Shown here: positions 35,144 to 38,993 of the stretch, one piece after another | Position numbering within the stretch: the first letter of the stretch is position 1 | How the letters are laid out: each line of letters begins with the position of its first letter | From: Meiothermus sp. | GTDB taxonomy: Bacteria > Deinococcota > Deinococci > Deinococcales > Thermaceae | Length of the DNA: 38,993 nucleotides | Assembly: GCA_033762915.1 (NCBI GenBank) | Contig: JANRLD010000118.1 | Span: 1-38,993, forward strand | Direction: 5' to 3' | Position numbers and translations under genes: made by a program | Notes under the pieces: model-generated | The model's database searches: none | What the model was told of the DNA's origin: nothing | What the model saw: the letters and a program-made list of their open reading frames with translations, nothing else

Positions 35144-35354
35144 GACTCAACTGTAGCAACGGGCGGGTCTGCGGGTGGGTCAAATGACCGGGGCGGGCGT
35201 TATGGAAATTCCTCCTAAAGCGCGGCGGATGACCGCTTTCTCGAGCCCTGTTTAGAGTAAACTACGCAACCCAAACCGCGCGGCGGGCACCGGCCCCCTC
35301 TCTGCAGGCTCGGCTGCCCTGCGGGCCAGACGCCATCGGGAGCGGCAGGCCGCC

Positions 35355-36944
35355 TCACCAGGCAAGCGCCGTGCCGTCGGTGCGTGGCTCGGTGGCCGCC
35401 AGGAAGGCAGCGGAAGGCTTAAGGATCATCTGCCCGCGTCCGAAGGAGCCCCACTCGGGCTGGACGACCACCTCGTGCCCCCGCTCGCGCAAGCCCTGGA
35501 TGACGTGCGCGGGGACCGAGGGCTCGAGTTCGACTGTCCGCCCCGAGATCCATTGCCAGCGCGGCGCGTCGAGGGCGGCCTGGGGGTTCAGGCCGTAGTC
35601 CTCGAGGTTCGCCACCACCTGCAAGTGCCCCTGCGGCTGCATGTGCCCGCCCATCACCCCCATCGGGCCCAGCGGCCTGCCGCCACGGGTGAGGAAGCCG
35701 GGGATGATGGTGTGGAAGGGTTTCTTATCCGGGGCGTACTGGTTGGGGTGGCCCTCGTCGAGCACGAAGCAGGCCCCACGGTTTTGCAGCGAGATGCCCG
35801 TTCCGTCGACCACGATGCCCGATCCGAAGCCCATGTAGTTGGACTGGATGAACGAGACCTGCAACTCCCCGTCGGCGGCGCAGAGGTAGACGGTACCGCC
35901 CTTGGGCGCGCCCGCCTGGACAGGCAGGGCGGTGTCGCCGATGAGCCTGCGCCGCTCGGCCAGGTAGCCCTGGTTCAGCAGCTCTGCCGCCGTGACCGTC
36001 ATGTGGCGCGGGTCGGCCACGTACTTCTGGGCGTCGGCGAAGGCCAGCTTGGTGGCCTCGATCTGGAGGTGGAAGGACTCCGCCGAGTCGCGGGGCAGGC
36101 GGGCCAGGTCGAAGCCCTCGAGCATCTTTAGCGCCATCAGCGCCACAATGCCCTGGCCCGACGGGGGGATTTCGTGCAGCTCGAGGCCGCGGTAGGCCAC
36201 CCCGAGCGACTCGACCCACTCCGCCCGGTGCGCGGCCAGGTCCTGCCGGGTGAGGAACCCGCCGGTCGCGGCCGCGAAATCGGCCATCTTCGCCGCCAAA
36301 TCGCCGCCGTAAAAACTCTCCGTACCGGTCCGGGCGATCTCCCGCAGGGTGGCCGCGTGCCAGGGGCTGTGGAAGACCTCGCCGGGGCGCGGGGCCCGGC
36401 CGCTCGGCAAAAACACCGCTTTAAAGTGCTGGTGACAGGCCTCGCCCAGCCCGCTGTACACGGCTTCGGAGCGTACCCAGTTGCGCCCCGTCTCCGGCGT
36501 CAGGGCGTAGCCCTCCTCCGCGTAGCGAATCGCGGGCTCGAACAGCCTCTCGAAGGGCAGCTTGCCGAACTTTTCGTGCAGCGCCCGCCAGGCCGAAGGC
36601 GCACCCGGGACGGTGACGGGCAGCCAGCCCCTGGTGGGTACGCTCCCGCCCGCGGCAAAGCTCTCAAGGCTCAGGCCCGCCGGACTGTCGCCGTGCGCAT
36701 TCAGCCCGTGCAGCCTCTGCCCGTCGTGCACCAGCGCGAAGGCGTCGGAGCCGATGCCGTTGGAGGTGGGCTCGAGCACCGTCAGCGCGGCGGCCATCGC
36801 CACAGTGGCGTCCGCCGCGTTGCCCCCCGCCAGCAGCATCTCCATCCCCGCCAGCGCCGCCTGGGGCTGGCTGGTCGCCACCGCCCCGCGCTTCCCAACG
36901 ACGACGTTCCTGCGGCTGGGGTAAGGGTAGGAGTTTAGGTTCAT
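35355..36944 (-). CDS. ggt: Gamma-glutamyltransferase family protein (YwrD-like)
   Basis: GGNAADA, EPTSNGIGSD, GGTVYL (nucleophile Thr), SFIQSNYMGFGSG, PFHTIIP, GVMGGHMQPQGH. Confidence 0.92.
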   Translation of the reverse strand: MNLNSYPYPSRRNVVVGKRGAVATSQPQAALAGMEMLLAGGNAADATVAMAAALTVLEPTSNGIGSDAFALVHDGQRLHGLNAHGDSPAGLSLESFAAGGSVPTRGWLPVTVPGAPSAWRALHEKFGKLPFERLFEPAIRYAEEGYALTPETGRNWVRSEAVYSGLGEACHQHFKAVFLPSGRAPRPGEVFHSPWHAATLREIARTGTESFYGGDLAAKMADFAAATGGFLTRQDLAAHRAEWVESLGVAYRGLELHEIPPSGQGIVALMALKMLEGFDLARLPRDSAESFHLQIEATKLAFADAQKYVADPRHMTVTAAELLNQGYLAERRRLIGDTALPVQAGAPKGGTVYLCAADGELQVSFIQSNYMGFGSGIVVDGTGISLQNRGACFVLDEGHPNQYAPDKKPFHTIIPGFLTRGGRPLGPMGVMGGHMQPQGHLQVVANLEDYGLNPQAALDAPRWQWISGRTVELEPSVPAHVIQGLRERGHEVVVQPEWGSFGRGQMILKPSAAFLAATEPRTDGTALAW

Positions 36945-37058
36945 GGCTAAGACGCTACACTATCGGGACGGGCGGCGGGTAGCAGGCGGCGAACGGCAGA
37001 AGGTCGGGAACCTGTGGCCGGGTTGGTGGGGCCTCGCCGCGTTCTGCTAGACTTTCGT

Positions 37059-37463
37059 ATGGACAACCCCTGGAAGAGCTTCGTTCCCCAAATCCCCACC
37101 CGCCCCGGCAAGCCGGAGTGGTTCACGGGAGTGGTCTTCATCAGTGAGGTGGTCGCCACGCCTGAGCCGATGAGCTTGCAAGTTTACCGGGTCAACTTCG
37201 CGCCCGGAGCCCGCACGGCCTGGCACACCCACCCCAAGGGGCAGGTGTTGCACGTGGAAGCGGGCATCGGATGGTTTCAGCGCTGGGGCCAGCCGATCTT
37301 CGAGATCAAGGCGGGCGATACCGTCTACATCCCGCCCGGCGAGAAGCACTGGCACGGCGCGAGCCCAACCCACCTCATGACCCACCTGGCCATGCAGGGC
37401 ATGGTTGCCGGGGTGAGCACGGACTGGCTCGAGCACGTCAGCGAGGACCAGTACCGGCTCTAA
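37059..37463 (+). CDS. Cupin domain protein
   Basis: FAPGARTAWHTHPKGQ.L, GD.VYIPPGEKHWHGA, MTHLA. Confidence 0.9.
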   Translation: MDNPWKSFVPQIPTRPGKPEWFTGVVFISEVVATPEPMSLQVYRVNFAPGARTAWHTHPKGQVLHVEAGIGWFQRWGQPIFEIKAGDTVYIPPGEKHWHGASPTHLMTHLAMQGMVAGVSTDWLEHVSEDQYRL

Positions 37464-37501
37464 CCGGGAACCAGCTCGGGGGGCCTTCCCCCGGGAGCCG
37501 C

Positions 37502-38449
37502 TCAGTAGATCTTCTTGCCCAACAGGCTGGAGGCCAGCTCCACCATGATGTTGGCTGTGCGGTTGGCCACGTCCAGAATGGGGTTGACCTCGACTAAGTC
37601 CAGGCTGGTGATGCCGCCGCCGTCGGCCAGGAGTTCCATCAGCAGGTGGGCCTCGCGGTAGGTCAGGCCCCCGGGGACGGGGGTGCCCACTCCGGGGGCG
37701 ATCTCGGGATCGAGCACATCGGCGTCGAGGGAGAGGTGGACTCGAGGGAGGCCCGCGAACTTGCGGTTGACCGCCTCGGCAATCGCGGGGACGCCCTGGA
37801 TGTCCACTTCCTTCATGGTGTAGACGGTCAAACCCTGCTCGTGCAGCAGCCGCACCTCCTGGCGGTCGAGGCTCCGGATGCCGATCAGCACCACGTCCTC
37901 GGGTCGTACCTTGGGGCCCTCCCAGCCCAGGTTGACCAGCCGGGGGTCGCCCAGCCCGCAGAGGTGGGCCAGCGGCATCCCGTGGATGTTTTTGGAAGGG
38001 CTGGTGGCAGGGGTGTTGAAGTCGGCGTGGGCGTCTACCCAGATCACCCCAACCCTTTGGCCCTGACTGGACCCGGTGACCGAGCCCATCGCCATGGAGT
38101 GGTCGCCGCCCAGCACTACCGGGAAGGCCTCGGCGGGCATGGCCCTGAGGGTCTGGATGATCTGCTCGCAGACAGTCTGGATGGGCTCGAGGTAGGCCAG
38201 ACCGTCTCCCGCCCGCTGCCGTGCCCCGTCGTTGACCGCTCCGTCGCCCATCTCGAGCCGCTTCCGCAGGCTCTCCGCCACCGGCACCTTCACGTCGCCG
38301 TAGTCGTGAACCTCGTGCCCGAGCCCCCGCAGCACCTCGTTCAGCCGCCCATAGCGCAGCGCGCTCGGCCCCATGTCCACCCCACGCCGCCCCTGCCCCA
38401 GGTCCATCGGGACGCCCAGAATGCCGATGCTCTTGGCCTTGGTATTCAT
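37502..38449 (-). CDS. rocF: Arginase
   Basis: RRGVDMGP, GGDHS, DAHAD.NTP, HGMP, SLDADVLDP, PGVGTPV.GG, EVNP. Confidence 0.95.
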   Translation of the reverse strand: MNTKAKSIGILGVPMDLGQGRRGVDMGPSALRYGRLNEVLRGLGHEVHDYGDVKVPVAESLRKRLEMGDGAVNDGARQRAGDGLAYLEPIQTVCEQIIQTLRAMPAEAFPVVLGGDHSMAMGSVTGSSQGQRVGVIWVDAHADFNTPATSPSKNIHGMPLAHLCGLGDPRLVNLGWEGPKVRPEDVVLIGIRSLDRQEVRLLHEQGLTVYTMKEVDIQGVPAIAEAVNRKFAGLPRVHLSLDADVLDPEIAPGVGTPVPGGLTYREAHLLMELLADGGGITSLDLVEVNPILDVANRTANIMVELASSLLGKKIY

Positions 38450-38475
38450 TATTCGTGTAGTTATACACCGAGGGG

Positions 38476-38497
38476 CAGGGAACAGGGAATAGGGAAC
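38476..38497. repeat. Short heptamer tandem repeat (AGGGAAC/AGGGAAT x3), with a degenerate inverted counterpart at 38596-38625
   Basis: CAGGGAACAGGGAATAGGGAAC; the reverse complement of 38596-38625 reads CAGGGAACGGGTTACGGGGAACAGGGGGA. Confidence 0.55.
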
Positions 38498-38636
38498 CTA
38501 GAATGCAGCGCTCGCGGCCGGCCGGCTGTGGCCGGTGGAAGACCTGAAGGGAGCGCCTGCGCTACGGTCCTGCAAGGTGCGAGTCCGGTTTATGTCCCCC
38601 TGTTCCCCGTAACCCGTTCCCTGTACCCTATGTCCT

Positions 38637-38993
38637 ATGAACCTTGCCCCCTATATTGACCACACCCTCCTCAGGCCCACCGCGACGCCCGAGGAGATCA
38701 GCCAGCTCTGCGCGGAGGCGAGAAAGCACAAGTTCTTCGGGGTGTGTGTTCAGCCCTCGTATGTTCAGCAGGCCAGGGCCGAGTTGAGCGGCTCCAAGGT
38801 CAAGGTGGTGACCGTGATCGGCTTCCCGCTGGGGATGAGTTTGCCCGAGACCAAGGCCCTCGAGGCCGCCCAGGCGGTGGCGTTGGGGGCCGACGAGGTG
38901 GACATGGTGATCCACCTCGGCTACGCCAAGGCCCACGACTGGGAGTATGTCCGCAATGACGTGACGGCGGTGGGCGCGGCCGTGGCCAGCGCA
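38637..38993 (+). CDS. deoC: Deoxyribose-phosphate aldolase (5' part, runs off window)
   Basis: MNLAPYIDHTLLRP, GVCVQP, TVIGFPLG, GADEVDMVI; absent from the ORF track because the stop lies outside the window. Confidence 0.95.
   Translation, partial: MNLAPYIDHTLLRPTATPEEISQLCAEARKHKFFGVCVQPSYVQQARAELSGSKVKVVTVIGFPLGMSLPETKALEAAQAVALGADEVDMVIHLGYAKAHDWEYVRNDVTAVGAAVASA

Overview
A high-GC chromosomal window that looks like Thermaceae (Deinococcota, Meiothermus-like). This is inferred from Thermus-type RnpA/L34/CDGSH proteins, strong CTCGAG over-representation and many leaderless genes. The left ~20.7 kb is an accessory catabolic region. Cluster A (201-6403) has a peptide/nickel-type ABC permease, two DHDPS/NAL-family aldolases, a two-domain ferritin-like (DUF455-like) diiron protein, a D-2-hydroxyacid dehydrogenase and an enolase-superfamily enzyme. 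An S41 peptidase follows. Cluster B (8555-18759) is a divergent GntR regulon with a clear operator pair. It has a Pro1-less tautomerase homolog and a PlmA-like GntR on one side. On the other side are an ATPase-less Dpp-type importer, a 2-hydroxyacid dehydrogenase, a degenerate M19 dipeptidase, two tandem amidohydrolase-fold paralogs with the PtmU3/AibH dinuclear ligand pattern, and a Rieske ferredoxin. Cluster B is the best candidate for an undescribed system: a probable amidohydrolase-related dinuclear C-H oxygenase pathway of unknown substrate. An apparently foreign AraD-like dehydratase sits beside a MITE-like repeat that recurs at ~32.3 kb. The right half holds a multi-GAF HD-GYP protein, a Liv-type ABC plus acyl-CoA ligase operon with a PaaR-like operator, rpmH-rnpA (not overlapped as in Thermus), an MBL hydrolase, ggt, a cupin, arginase and the 5' part of deoC. 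No rRNA, tRNA, CRISPR array or transposase was seen.
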